Of a stretch of 64,000 nucleotides of DNA, positions 46,758 to 56,778 are shown one piece after another; position 1 is the stretch's first letter; each line of letters begins with the position of its first letter. Location of the stretch: the NCBI GenBank assembly GCA_009886115.1, contig VFJJ01000023.1, forward strand, positions 1,342 through 65,341, given 5' to 3'. The position numbers and the translations under genes were made by a program. This stretch comes from Actinomycetota bacterium (lineage in GTDB: Bacteria > Actinomycetota > Acidimicrobiia > IMCC26256 > VFJJ01). Under the pieces are notes generated by a model that was given only the letters and a program-made list of their open reading frames with translations, searched no databases and was not told the DNA's origin.

Positions 46758-48943
46758 GCCGGAAGGTCGAGGGGCACCACCTCGAGCACTCCACCCGTGG
46801 CCAGGCAGCGCCGCTGGTAGGCCGTCACCTGGTGGGTCACCCGAACGCGACCCAGGCCAGCGATGAGAGCCCCGATCTCGGCCGAACCGAGCTGCTCCAT
46901 GATCTCGATGTCGGTCTCGTGGCGGGTCTGGGTGTACTCGTCGTCGTCGCACACCGAGAGCCGGGCCGTGAACCCGCGGAGATCGAGCTCGTCGACACGG
47001 TACTGACGGCCCTGGTGCACGTAGATCGCACCCGGGTGGGCCACCGAGCACACCCGGGTCCCGTCGACCGTACCGATCGCCCGATCGGTGTCGGACGTCT
47101 CGAGCCGGAACAGCCGTCCCGAGCTCGATCGGAGGTTCACCGCTGGCGCGGGAGGTTCACGCGCAGCCCAGAACAGTCGGCGGTCGCGTGGACGGGCCAG
47201 ATCGACCCGGACCAGATCGCAGGCTGCGGTGTCGATGCCGTCGCCGAACCAGCGGCGATCGTCGCTCTCGAGGGGCGCCTCGTACGCTGCGCACGCAATG
47301 TGCGGCAGCAGAACGTACGGGTTCGACGGGTTGATGACCGCCGCCTCGGGGCTTCGGCTGAACAGCTCCTCGGGGTGGCTGAAGTACCAGCGATCGAGCT
47401 GGTCGTCGCCGGCGACGAGCACGGCCAGCGCTTCACGCCCCCCGTCGCCGCCGTCGGCCGCGCCGGCCCGACGACCGGCCCGTCCGGCTTGCTGCCACAG
47501 CGACGAGATCGTCCCCGGGAACCCGTTGATGACGACGGCGTCGAGACCCCCGATGTCGATGCCCAGCTCGAGAGCGTTGGTCGCCGCGATGCCCCGAAGC
47601 TCACCGGACACGAACCGTTGCTCCAGCTCGCGGCGCTCGTCGGTGAGGTACCCGCCCCGATATGCGGCGACGAGACTGTCGACCGACCGGGTCGACGCCG
47701 GTCGGCTCGGGCCCCCGGCGACCGCTGCCAGGGGCGTGTCCCCCTGCCGCGCCGGAACCACCGAGACCGCCGCCAGGGCCGTGTCCCCCTGCCGCGCCGG
47801 TCCCCCAGCGACCCCCAGGACCCCCTGCGGCGCCAGGCCCGCCGCGGCCGCCGGGCAGGCCGCGTCTCCACACGGCCGACCTTCACCCGGCTCGCTGCCT
47901 AGGGTGTCGCCGTCGCGGGCGGCACCCGCCCACGGCCAGGTCGCGTCGTCGTGCACCGAGCGCAGCGACGCCTTGGCCGAACGGGCCACGAGCTCCACCC
48001 CGACCCGGCTCCGACTGAACGCCAAGGTCTGGAACCCCTCGCGCACCAGACCGGCCAGCAGCCGACCCGCCGTCTGGTTGGCCGACGCCCGCGTACCCCG
48101 TCGTTGGTCGACGACGGCCCGGTCGAACAGCACGAACGTACGCGCCGAGCGGGGCGAGCCGTCGTCGTCGACCACAGCCACCTCGAGCCCGCACAACAAC
48201 GAGGCGAGCGCTCCGGCGTTGCCGATCGTGGCCGAGGTGAACACGAACTGCGGGCTCGATCCGTAGCGCTCGCAGAGACGACGCAGGCGACGCAGTACGA
48301 GGGCGACATGGCTGCCGAAAACACCTCGCAGCACATGGAGCTCGTCGACCACCACGTAGCGCAACCGCATGAAGAAGGTGGCCCACCGGTCGTGGAACGG
48401 CAGGATCCCGACGTGCAACATGTCGGGGTTGGTGAGGATCACCGAGGCGTGCCGCCGGGCCCAGGCCTTCTCCTCCGACGTGGCATCGCCGTCGTAGGGA
48501 GCACAGACGAGCGACGGGACGAGCCACGATCGGAGCGACCGGAGCTGGTCGTGGGCGAGGGCCTTCGTCGGGAACAACGCCAGCACGGTCTCGCGACGCC
48601 CGTCGAGGGCTGCTTCGACAACGGGGAGCTGATAGCACAACGACTTGCCCGAGGCGGTTCCCGTGGCGACCACGATCGAGCGGCCCTCGGCCAGCAGATC
48701 GACGGCCGTTGCCTGATGGGTGTACAGGCCGGCGTATCCGCGGGCCTCGAGCCTGTCGACGAGCACCGGATGGAGCGGCTCGCGGGGTTCGCCGTACCGA
48801 GCCGATCGCGCCGCGATGCGCTCGACGTGCGCGACCGTCGCCCCGGCGAGATCATCACCGGTGAGTGCCGCCACGAGCGCCGGGGCGAGGAGTGAGAGCG
48901 GGTCGGCGACCACCGCGCTCAGGGTACCGTCCGGGTACGACAC
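46229..48943 (-). CDS. DECH-box (MrfA/Lhr-like) helicase with C-terminal DUF1998 zinc-finger domain
   Basis: TGTASGKS Walker A, VVVDELH (DExH) and ATNALELGIDIGGLD. C-terminal CSCDDGCPSCVQSPKCGNWN. Start trimmed to the GTG at 48943 to avoid the LCP gene. Confidence 0.85.
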   Translation of the reverse strand: MSYPDGTLSAVVADPLSLLAPALVAALTGDDLAGATVAHVERIAARSARYGEPREPLHPVLVDRLEARGYAGLYTHQATAVDLLAEGRSIVVATGTASGKSLCYQLPVVEAALDGRRETVLALFPTKALAHDQLRSLRSWLVPSLVCAPYDGDATSEEKAWARRHASVILTNPDMLHVGILPFHDRWATFFMRLRYVVVDELHVLRGVFGSHVALVLRRLRRLCERYGSSPQFVFTSATIGNAGALASLLCGLEVAVVDDDGSPRSARTFVLFDRAVVDQRRGTRASANQTAGRLLAGLVREGFQTLAFSRSRVGVELVARSAKASLRSVHDDATWPWAGAARDGDTLGSEPGEGRPCGDAACPAAAAGLAPQGVLGVAGGPARQGDTALAAVSVVPARQGDTPLAAVAGGPSRPASTRSVDSLVAAYRGGYLTDERRELEQRFVSGELRGIAATNALELGIDIGGLDAVVINGFPGTISSLWQQAGRAGRRAGAADGGDGGREALAVLVAGDDQLDRWYFSHPEELFSRSPEAAVINPSNPYVLLPHIACAAYEAPLESDDRRWFGDGIDTAACDLVRVDLARPRDRRLFWAAREPPAPAVNLRSSSGRLFRLETSDTDRAIGTVDGTRVCSVAHPGAIYVHQGRQYRVDELDLRGFTARLSVCDDDEYTQTRHETDIEIMEQLGSAEIGALIAGLGRVRVTHQVTAYQRRCLATGGVLEVVPLDLPAQLLDTAGCWFTITPDLLAAAGLVPAQTAGTVHAIEHGFIGMLPRSAICDRWDVGGVSMAMHPQTGLPSIFVYDGFPGGAGIADIAFAVATETLAATAELISTCSCDDGCPSCVQSPKCGNWNEYLDKAAAIALLSVAIGPAAAPAAHRSGRGMHAVSTTARATASTPRRRTRTVA
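47727..47800. repeat. 45-bp tandem duplication inside the helicase insertion
   Basis: gtgtccccctgccgcgccgg at 47736 and 47781 with similar flanks. Encodes PARQGDTxLAAV twice on the minus strand. Confidence 0.8.
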
Positions 48944-48983
48944 TCGACGGGCTCCCCGGGGGCCACCGACAGCGTGAGGGATG

Positions 48984-49958
48984 TCAGTTGCCGCTCTGGG
49001 GGCTCCCGACGCTGGCCAGGGTCTTGTAGGTGTCGAGGATCGCGTTGTCGCGCAGATCGGCGAAGAGGTCCTGCGCCTCGGGCAGTGAGTACACGACCGA
49101 CCCGGTGCCGAGGCGTCCCGTCCGAGACGGCACGACCTCGTTGCGGATGGCGCCCGATTGGATGCCAAGAGCGAGGCGCGACAGATGGACGAGGTCGGTG
49201 GCGCTCGTGCCATGGAGCTCGCCGTGCTTCATGAACACGCCCACGAGACGCAGGCTCTCGCTGATGTCGGGCCGGGCAGCCTGCACCTTGGCGAGGGCCG
49301 CCAGGATCACGAGCGCCTGGTCGGCCGTCCGCTGGAAGTCGCCTCCCCGGATGTTGCGATTCCGGGAGAACGCCAGCGCGGCGGCGCCATCCATGCGCTG
49401 GAGGCCGGCGTCGAAACGGGCCCCCGACGCCGAGTCGCGCATCCGGAAGGGCACGTCGACCTCGATGCCGCCCAGGTCGTCGACCATCCCCACGAAACCC
49501 GCGAAGTTGGCCTCGACGGTGAACGCGATCGGCACCCCGACGAGCTCGGAGACGAGCCTGGTCTGGAGGTTCGGATCGCCTTGGCCCTGGGCCCGGGGGT
49601 TGCCTTCGTTGATCCGGTGCTGGCTGCCGTCGGGATACGTGACGACCGTGTCGCGCGGGATGTTGACGACGGTCGCCTCCCCCGCTGTGGCGTTGAGGCC
49701 CACCACGTGGAGCGCATCGGCCCGTCGACCCCCGACGCCCCGGCGTTCGTCGTTGCCAATGATCAGCACGAACACCGGCTCCTCGGACACCCCGCTGAAG
49801 CTCACCGACTCGTTCCGCGTGATCACCAACGCGGGTTCCTGGGCCTGCGCGGGGAGCGCACCATCGACGATCCTGACAGCGATCACGCCCACCGCGGCGA
49901 TGACCGTCGCCACCGTCGCGACCAGCGCCGCCAACCGCCGTACGGGCCGCGTGCTCAT
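48984..49958 (-). CDS. LytR-CpsA-Psr (LCP) family cell-envelope phosphotransferase
   Basis: N-terminal TM segment, then VFVLIIGNDERRG...RADALHVVGLN...VNIPRDT, typical of LCP proteins. Confidence 0.8.
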   Translation of the reverse strand: MSTRPVRRLAALVATVATVIAAVGVIAVRIVDGALPAQAQEPALVITRNESVSFSGVSEEPVFVLIIGNDERRGVGGRRADALHVVGLNATAGEATVVNIPRDTVVTYPDGSQHRINEGNPRAQGQGDPNLQTRLVSELVGVPIAFTVEANFAGFVGMVDDLGGIEVDVPFRMRDSASGARFDAGLQRMDGAAALAFSRNRNIRGGDFQRTADQALVILAALAKVQAARPDISESLRLVGVFMKHGELHGTSATDLVHLSRLALGIQSGAIRNEVVPSRTGRLGTGSVVYSLPEAQDLFADLRDNAILDTYKTLASVGSPQSGN

Positions 49959-50731
49959 CGGACGGTGCTCGGGGTCGTGGTGACCTCGGGGAGGACCAGC
50001 CCGGTCGTTGCCGGTCCCCCGGTCGTCGGCGTGGCGGTCACCGCGAGTGCCCATCCGTCGATGAACCAGGTTCCCTGGAACGCGGTCAACGTCAGGTCAC
50101 CGCTCCGGGCCAACACATAGGTGCCGGCCGCCGACCCCACGTGGAGACGCACGTCGATGTGGGCCCCGGCCACCGCAACGGCTCCGGTCTGGTCGGCGAG
50201 CACGCTCAGATCGAGGATGGCGCTCTCGACGACGAGCGAGGTCGTCGCCGGGGCCAGTCCCTCGTCGACGAGGACGAGCCGGTCCTGGCCGCTGGCCTCG
50301 GCCAGGCGGGCCGTGGCGTCGAGCGAGAAGATCCGGTCGAAGCCCGTGACCGCACGCCCCGTCAGCGGGGCGATCGAGGCCGCCTCGACATAGCGCGTGA
50401 CGGTGTCGACCAGCGCCGCCTGCATCTCGGGCGACACCACGGGCGCGGGATCGACGGGACTGTGCACGACGACCCCGCCGACGCTGAACTCGACGGCCGG
50501 AGCCGCGATGGTGGGCACGATCGTGGACGTGGTGGCGCCGATCGGCCCGGATGAGGTCGCATCGGGCGCACCGGGGGTCGTGGGGGTGCCCGAGGACGGG
50601 GACGCGTCGTTCCCGCTGCTGCTGCTGCAGGCTGCCGTGAGGGCCGTCACGACCGCGACGAGGAGCACGAGGGATGCGACGGGCGACCGGCGGCGCCCCG
50701 GCGCCAGCCGGAGCCGACCGCGAGACGTCAC
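49955..50731 (-). CDS. hypothetical lipoprotein
   Basis: Signal peptide with a LTAACSS lipobox and a Ser/Thr/Pro linker. ATGA overlap with the LCP gene. Confidence 0.6.
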   Translation of the reverse strand: MTSRGRLRLAPGRRRSPVASLVLLVAVVTALTAACSSSSGNDASPSSGTPTTPGAPDATSSGPIGATTSTIVPTIAAPAVEFSVGGVVVHSPVDPAPVVSPEMQAALVDTVTRYVEAASIAPLTGRAVTGFDRIFSLDATARLAEASGQDRLVLVDEGLAPATTSLVVESAILDLSVLADQTGAVAVAGAHIDVRLHVGSAAGTYVLARSGDLTLTAFQGTWFIDGWALAVTATPTTGGPATTGLVLPEVTTTPSTVR

Positions 50732-51477
50732 CGGGGCTCACCAGCCGGCTCGGTCGAGACGTCGTCGTCTGCGACCGGCGCCGCCGCAACGGGCCGCTGC
50801 TTGCGCTGCTTGCGGTGCTTGCGGATCTCGAGCGCGACCGGCACGAGTGACAGCAGGACCACGCCGATGATCGCCGGCTCGAAGTACTTGTCGGGGATCA
50901 CGTCGCCGAAGAAGTAGCCGACGAGGATGATGCCGACGGCCCACACGAGCCCGCCGATGATGTTCCACGCGAAGAACGTGCGGTAGCGCATGTTCCCGAC
51001 GCCGGCCAGGATCGGCGCGAACGTGCGTACCACGGGGACGAAGCGGGCGATGAGGATGGTCCGCGGCCCGTTGCGCTCGAAGTAGTCGTTCGTCTTGTGG
51101 ACGAACTCCTGCTTGAAGAATCGGGAGTCGGGGCGGTCGAACAGGCGGGGCCCGACCCTGGCGCCGAACATGTACCCGACCTGATCGCCGATGACAGCCG
51201 CGAGGAAGCACCCCGGAAGGATCCAGGCCAGTTCGAGCTTGCCCTGCGAGGCGAGGAAGCCGGCGATGAACAACAACGAGTCGCCCGGGAGGAAGAAGCC
51301 GATCAGGAGCCCCGACTCGGCGAAGATGATGGCGATCAGCCCGACGGTGCCGAAGGTCTCGATGAGATAGTCGGGGTCGAGCTTGCCGCCCCCGATGGCC
51401 AACGGGGCGATCCATGCCGTGTGGAGGGCGCCCGAGAGCCGCGCGGCGATCAGCCCGAGTTGGGTCGGCAAGAGCAT
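50728..51477 (-). CDS. DedA/VTT-domain membrane protein
   Basis: IFAESGLLIGFFLPGDSLLF...IARFVPVVRTFAPILAGV DedA signature. Confidence 0.85.
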   Translation of the reverse strand: MLLPTQLGLIAARLSGALHTAWIAPLAIGGGKLDPDYLIETFGTVGLIAIIFAESGLLIGFFLPGDSLLFIAGFLASQGKLELAWILPGCFLAAVIGDQVGYMFGARVGPRLFDRPDSRFFKQEFVHKTNDYFERNGPRTILIARFVPVVRTFAPILAGVGNMRYRTFFAWNIIGGLVWAVGIILVGYFFGDVIPDKYFEPAIIGVVLLSLVPVALEIRKHRKQRKQRPVAAAPVADDDVSTEPAGEPR

Positions 51478-51672
51478 CGCGGACAGCGTAGATGGCCCGA
51501 AGCGGTCTCCGGCCCTCGGCGGTCGGCGCTGGGCGACACCGTGTCGTGGGCCAGCCCGGAGAGGCAGATGTGTCAGCGGCCGTGGCCCGGCCCGCTACGG
51601 TCGCGGCCGGGCACCACGTCGTCGCGGTGCCGGCACCCTCGAAAAACGGAACACCAGCAGCCAAGGAGCACC

Positions 51673-54396
51673 GTGCCCAAGCCCCTCGTGATCGTCGAGT
51701 CGCCAGCCAAGGCGAGGACCATCGCGGCCTTCCTCGGCAGCGACTTCCTCGTCGAGTCGAGCGTCGGTCACATCCGCGACCTTCCACGCAAGGCCACCGA
51801 GATCCCCAAGATGTACAAGGACGAGCCGTGGGCCCGGCTCGGCGTGAACGTCAACGACGGCTTCAAGCCGGTGTACGTCGTGCCGTCCGAGAAGAAGGAG
51901 ACGGTCAAGAAGCTGAAGGCGCTCCTGAAGGAGGCCAGCGAGGTCTATCTCGCGACCGATGAGGATCGCGAAGGCGAGGCGATCGCCTGGCATCTCCTCG
52001 AGACGCTCGCTCCCAAGGTTCCCGTCAAGCGGATGGTGTTCCACGAGATCACCCGCGAGGCGATCAACGACGCGATCGAACACTGCCGCGAGCTCGACCG
52101 CACGATGGTCGACGCCCAGGAGGCGCGCCGTGTACTCGATCGTCTGTACGGCTGGGAGGTGAGCGAGGTCCTCTGGAAGAAGGTGATGCCCAAGCTCTCG
52201 GCCGGACGGGTGCAGAGCGTGGCGACCCGGCTCGTCGTCGAGCGTGAGCGAGCCCGGATGGCCTTCCATTCGGGCGAGTGGTGGGACATCGAGGGTCGCT
52301 TCGACGCCGATGGGCAGGGTTTCACCGCCGGATTGGCGTCGCTCGACGGCCGCCGGTTGGCCTCGGGCAAGGACTTCGGAGCCGATTCGGGCCAGGTGGC
52401 CGTCGATGCCGAGGTCGTGTTGCTCAACGAGGTCACGGCCCGAGAGCTCGCCGGGCGCCTCGAAGGCCGTCCCGTCACGGTCACGTCGGTCGAAAAGCGC
52501 GACTACCGCCAGTCGCCGTATCCGCCGTTCATCACCTCGACGCTCCAGCAGGAGGCCGGGCGCAAGCTCCGGTTCACCTCGGCTCGGGCCATGGCCGTCG
52601 CCCAGCGCCTCTACGAACGGGGCTACATCACCTACATGCGCACCGACAGCACGAACTTGTCGGAGCAGGCCGTCATCGCCGCTCGCACGCAGATCGCGTC
52701 GCTCTACGGCGCCGAGTACGTGCCCGAGCAGCCCCGCACCTTCCGGAAGTTGGTGAAGAACGCCCAGGAGGCCCACGAGGCGATCCGCCCGGCCGGCAAT
52801 GAGTTCCGCCTCCCCGAAACGGTGCGCGGCGAGCTCGACGGCGACGAGTTCCGTCTCTACGACCTCGTGTGGAAGCGCACCGTCGCCTGCCAGATGGCCG
52901 ATGCCCGCGGCCAGCGCGTCCAGGTGCGCCTCGGGGCCACGACCGCGACCGGCGAGGACGCCGTGTTCAACGCCAGCGGCAAGACCATCGAGTTCCCCGG
53001 GTATCTCCGGGCCTACGTCGAGGGCTCCGACGACCCCGACGCCGAGCTCGAAGACCGCGAGATCATCCTGCCCACGATGGCGCAGGGCCAGACGGTCGAC
53101 TGCACCGATCTCGACGTGAACGGGCACACGACCCAGCCCCCGGCCCGGTTCACCGAGGCCAGCCTGGTGAAGGAGCTCGAGGCCCGGGGCATCGGCCGCC
53201 CGTCCACCTACGCCTCGGTGATCCAGACCATCCAGGACCGGGGCTACGTGTGGAAGAAGGGCTCGGCCATGGTGCCGTCGTGGACGGCGTTCGCGGTGGT
53301 TGCCCTGCTGGAGCAGCACTTCACGACGCTCGTCGACTACGACTTCACGGCCCGGATGGAGGAGGACCTCGACAGCATCGCCCGCGGCGAGACCGAGGCG
53401 GCGCCGTGGTTGAGCGCGTTCTACTTCGGCGAGGGCCCCAAGGGAAAAGAGACCGGTGGGCTGCACCAGCTCGTCGAGGAACGCCTGCCCGAGATCGACG
53501 CCCGCGCCCTCTCGTCGATCCCGCTGGGCGAGGACGACACCGGCCGGCCGGTCGTGCTGCGGGTCGGCCGCTACGGCCCGTACGTGCAACGGGCCGACCA
53601 GACCGGGCCCGTCCCCGAGGATCTCGCGCCCGACGAGTTGACCGTGGCACTGGCCATCGAGCTCATCGAACGTCAGAACGCTCCCGACAAGGAGCTCGGC
53701 GATGATCCCGAGACGGGGCTGGCGATCATCGCCAAGGACGGGCGCTACGGGCCCTACGTGCAGCTCGGTCAGCAGGTCGAGGGATCGAAGAAGAAGCCCA
53801 AGACCAGCTCGCTGTTCCGGTCGATGACGCTCGACACGCTCACGCTCGACGACGCGCTGCGGCTGCTCTCGTTGCCGCGCACGGTGGGGCCCGACACCGA
53901 CGGCGTCGCCATCCAGGCGATGAACGGGCGCTTCGGGCCGTACCTCAAGCGAGGCGACGACACCCGTTCGCTCGACAGCGAGGACCAGATCTTCAGCGTC
54001 ACGCTCGAGGACGCCCTCACCCTGTTGGCTCAACCCAAGCGACGGGGCCGCGTCGCCGAGCCACTCGGGACGCTGGGAACCCACCCCGATTCCGGCGCCG
54101 AGGTGAAGCTCATGCCCGGCCGGTACGGGCCCTACGTCACCGACGGGACGACCAACGCCTCGATTCCCAAGGGGCGCGACCCGGCAACCGTCACCCTCGA
54201 CGACGCCGCCGAACTGCTCCGAGCCCGCGCCGCCGCCGGGCCAGCTCCTGCCCGTCCGGCCGCCCGGCGAGCTCGCTCCGGAGCCGCCGGCACATCGCGC
54301 GCCCCGTCGACCGGGACGGCGCGAACCGTCAAGGCCGGCGCTCGCAAGGGCGCGAAGGCCGGGAAAGCCGGGAAGGCCAAGAAGAAGCCGGCGTGA
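51673..54396 (+). CDS. topA: DNA topoisomerase I
   Basis: LVIVESPAKARTI Toprim start, DEDREGEAI, active-site region ITYMRTDS, and a Lys-rich C-terminal tail. AAGGAG Shine-Dalgarno before the GTG at 51673. Confidence 0.95.
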   Translation: MPKPLVIVESPAKARTIAAFLGSDFLVESSVGHIRDLPRKATEIPKMYKDEPWARLGVNVNDGFKPVYVVPSEKKETVKKLKALLKEASEVYLATDEDREGEAIAWHLLETLAPKVPVKRMVFHEITREAINDAIEHCRELDRTMVDAQEARRVLDRLYGWEVSEVLWKKVMPKLSAGRVQSVATRLVVERERARMAFHSGEWWDIEGRFDADGQGFTAGLASLDGRRLASGKDFGADSGQVAVDAEVVLLNEVTARELAGRLEGRPVTVTSVEKRDYRQSPYPPFITSTLQQEAGRKLRFTSARAMAVAQRLYERGYITYMRTDSTNLSEQAVIAARTQIASLYGAEYVPEQPRTFRKLVKNAQEAHEAIRPAGNEFRLPETVRGELDGDEFRLYDLVWKRTVACQMADARGQRVQVRLGATTATGEDAVFNASGKTIEFPGYLRAYVEGSDDPDAELEDREIILPTMAQGQTVDCTDLDVNGHTTQPPARFTEASLVKELEARGIGRPSTYASVIQTIQDRGYVWKKGSAMVPSWTAFAVVALLEQHFTTLVDYDFTARMEEDLDSIARGETEAAPWLSAFYFGEGPKGKETGGLHQLVEERLPEIDARALSSIPLGEDDTGRPVVLRVGRYGPYVQRADQTGPVPEDLAPDELTVALAIELIERQNAPDKELGDDPETGLAIIAKDGRYGPYVQLGQQVEGSKKKPKTSSLFRSMTLDTLTLDDALRLLSLPRTVGPDTDGVAIQAMNGRFGPYLKRGDDTRSLDSEDQIFSVTLEDALTLLAQPKRRGRVAEPLGTLGTHPDSGAEVKLMPGRYGPYVTDGTTNASIPKGRDPATVTLDDAAELLRARAAAGPAPARPAARRARSGAAGTSRAPSTGTARTVKAGARKGAKAGKAGKAKKKPA

Positions 54397-54458
54397 GCGC
54401 CGCCGCGCAGGCCCGGGCTCTGGGGCCGGCGCGTCTGCGGCCGTAACCTGGCAGCCCA

Positions 54459-56159
54459 GTGAGCGCTCGCCCCGTTCCGCCCCTCCCGGACCCGCCCCCG
54501 CCCGCATCGTCCGCAGCCCTCGCGGTCGACACTGCCGCGGCCGCGCCCGACGTGGCCGACCTGGCCGACGTGGCCGACCCGAGCGACGCTGCGGTGGTCG
54601 ACGAGGGCGACGCGAGCGAGAGAGCCGCGGCCCCGTTCATCCCGTCGTCGCGCGATCAGAGCGGGCTCCCGCCCGCACCGTGGCGGATGTTCGGCTCGCC
54701 CGAGTACTTCAAGCTCTGGATCGCCCAGGTCGTCTCGAGCACCGGCGACTGGATCGGGCTGGTGGCCATCCTCTCGATGGCCGAGCGCATCAGCTCCGGC
54801 GCCAGCGGCGTGAGCCTGGTCATGGTCGCCCGGATGGTCCCGGGCTTCATCCTCGCCCCGCTCGCCGGGGTCATCGTCGACCGCCTCGACCGCAAGCGTC
54901 TGATGATCGGGTGTGATCTGGGACGGGCCGTCATCCTCGGTCTGCTGCCACTCGTCGACACCCTCTTCTGGCTGATCGCCGCGTCGTTCGTGATCGAGGT
55001 GCTCACGATCCTGTGGGGCCCGGCCAAGGACGCCTCGGTCCCCAACCTGGTCCCCCGTGAGAAGCTCGCCGCGGTCAACTCGCTCAACCTGGCTGCGGCC
55101 TTCGGCACGTTCCCCGTGGGCGCAGCCATCTTCGCCTCGTTGGCCAAGGCGGCCGAATGGCTCGGCGGCTACGACACGTTCTCACGGCTGGGCGCCAGCC
55201 AGGAGTCGCTGGCCCTCATCATCGACGGCCTCACGTTCGTCACGTCTGCGCTGTTGATCTTCAAGATGTCGATCCCCGGCCGTCGCAGGGAGCGCCGCGG
55301 GCGCATCGTGTGGGCCCAGGCGTTCCTCGATCTCAAGGAGGGCCTGACGTTCATCGGCTCGCATCGGCTGGTGCGAGCGGTGATGCTCGGCTTGGGGACC
55401 GGTCTCGTGGGCGGCGGGGCCATCATCCCCCTGGGCAAGACCTTCGCCGGCGACGTGCTCGAGGCCGGGCCCTCGGGCTACGGCCTGTTGCTCACCGGGC
55501 TGGGCACCGGAGCCGCGGTCGGGGTGGTGCTGCTGTCGATGCTGCGACGACGACCGTCGAGCGAGACGGTGTTCACGGGCTCGGTCGTCGGGACGGGACT
55601 GGGGTTGCTGGCTCTGGCGACCACGTCGTCGCTCGGACCGGCGGTCATCTGCGTGGCCGCGTTCGGGATGTGCGCAGGCGCGTCGTACGTGGCCGGGTTC
55701 ACGGTCATCCAGGAGCAGGTCGAGGACGAGCTGCGCGGACGGACCTTCGCCGCGCTCTACACGATGATCCGCTTCACGCTGATCCTCTCGCTGACCGTGT
55801 CCCCAGCGATCTCGTCGTTGCTCGATCGGCTCTCCCGGGTGCTCGTGGGAAGCGACGTGACGGTCTTCGAACGCACCATGCCACTCCCCGGGGTCCGCCT
55901 CACGCTGTGGGCCGGGGGCCTCCTCGTGGTCATGGCCGGGATGGTCACCCGGCGGGAGGTACGAGCCGCCGAGGCCGCGACCCAGGCGACCCAGGCGACC
56001 CACCGTGACCAGATCGGGGACCTCGACCTGACGGCGGAGCTCGCGACTCCCGGCGCCGGGACGACCGAAGGCACGATGACCGAAGGCACGCCGACCGAGC
56101 GTGACGCGACCGGCGAGACCGTCGCCGTTGGAGACGGTGACGATGCCCGCGCCGGCTGA
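54459..56159 (+). CDS. MFS transporter
   Basis: About 12 TM helices with an MFS loop motif (VDRLDRKRLM). The start may be the internal ATG at 54687. Confidence 0.75.
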   Translation: MSARPVPPLPDPPPPASSAALAVDTAAAAPDVADLADVADPSDAAVVDEGDASERAAAPFIPSSRDQSGLPPAPWRMFGSPEYFKLWIAQVVSSTGDWIGLVAILSMAERISSGASGVSLVMVARMVPGFILAPLAGVIVDRLDRKRLMIGCDLGRAVILGLLPLVDTLFWLIAASFVIEVLTILWGPAKDASVPNLVPREKLAAVNSLNLAAAFGTFPVGAAIFASLAKAAEWLGGYDTFSRLGASQESLALIIDGLTFVTSALLIFKMSIPGRRRERRGRIVWAQAFLDLKEGLTFIGSHRLVRAVMLGLGTGLVGGGAIIPLGKTFAGDVLEAGPSGYGLLLTGLGTGAAVGVVLLSMLRRRPSSETVFTGSVVGTGLGLLALATTSSLGPAVICVAAFGMCAGASYVAGFTVIQEQVEDELRGRTFAALYTMIRFTLILSLTVSPAISSLLDRLSRVLVGSDVTVFERTMPLPGVRLTLWAGGLLVVMAGMVTRREVRAAEAATQATQATHRDQIGDLDLTAELATPGAGTTEGTMTEGTPTERDATGETVAVGDGDDARAG

Positions 56160-56769
56160 GCCCGGCACCTTCGTCGTCCTCGAGGGCGGCGAAGCCGTCG
56201 GCAAGAGCACCCAGGTACGGCTCCTCGTCGATCGCCTCCGAGCGACCGGCCGGGACGTGGTCGCCACCTTCGAGCCCGGAGCCACACCGGTCGGGGGCGT
56301 GATCCGGGGACTGTTCCTCGGCCGCAGCGCAGGCCCGGTCTCGGCCCGAGCCGAGGCGCTGCTCGTGGCAGCCGATCGGGCCGAGCACGTGGCCACGGTC
56401 GTACGCCCGGCCATCGATCGGGGCGCGGTGGTGGTCTCCGACCGGCACGTGCCCTCGTCGCTCGCGTACCAGGGCATCGGCCAGGGCCTCGGCGTCGACG
56501 AGATCGCCGCGCTGTCGCGCTGGGCCACCGACGGCCTGACTCCCGACGTCGTCGTGGTGCTCGACGTGCCCGCCGCCGTGGCCGAGGCCCGCAGGCCGGG
56601 CGGCTCAGGCGACCGCATGGAAACCGAGAGCGGCGCCTTCCACGAGCGGGTCCGGGCGGCGTACCGCGAGCTGGCCGGCCCTCTGGGCTGGACGGTCGTC
56701 GCGGCCGACGCCGACCCCGCCATCGTGGCCGAGCGGGTCTGGGCGGCCGTGGCACCGGCCCTCCGGTAG
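56143..56769 (+). CDS. tmk: dTMP kinase
   Basis: FVVLEGGEAVGKSTQ P-loop, and the DRHVPSSLAYQG motif. Confidence 0.88.
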   Translation: MPAPAEPGTFVVLEGGEAVGKSTQVRLLVDRLRATGRDVVATFEPGATPVGGVIRGLFLGRSAGPVSARAEALLVAADRAEHVATVVRPAIDRGAVVVSDRHVPSSLAYQGIGQGLGVDEIAALSRWATDGLTPDVVVVLDVPAAVAEARRPGGSGDRMETESGAFHERVRAAYRELAGPLGWTVVAADADPAIVAERVWAAVAPALR

Positions 56770-56778
56770 GGTCCGAGC

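Noticed and set aside
46229-49213. Full 994-aa helicase ORF starting at 49213.
   Set aside because: The first 90 codons overlap the LCP gene on the same strand and lack homology. The start was moved to the GTG at 48943.
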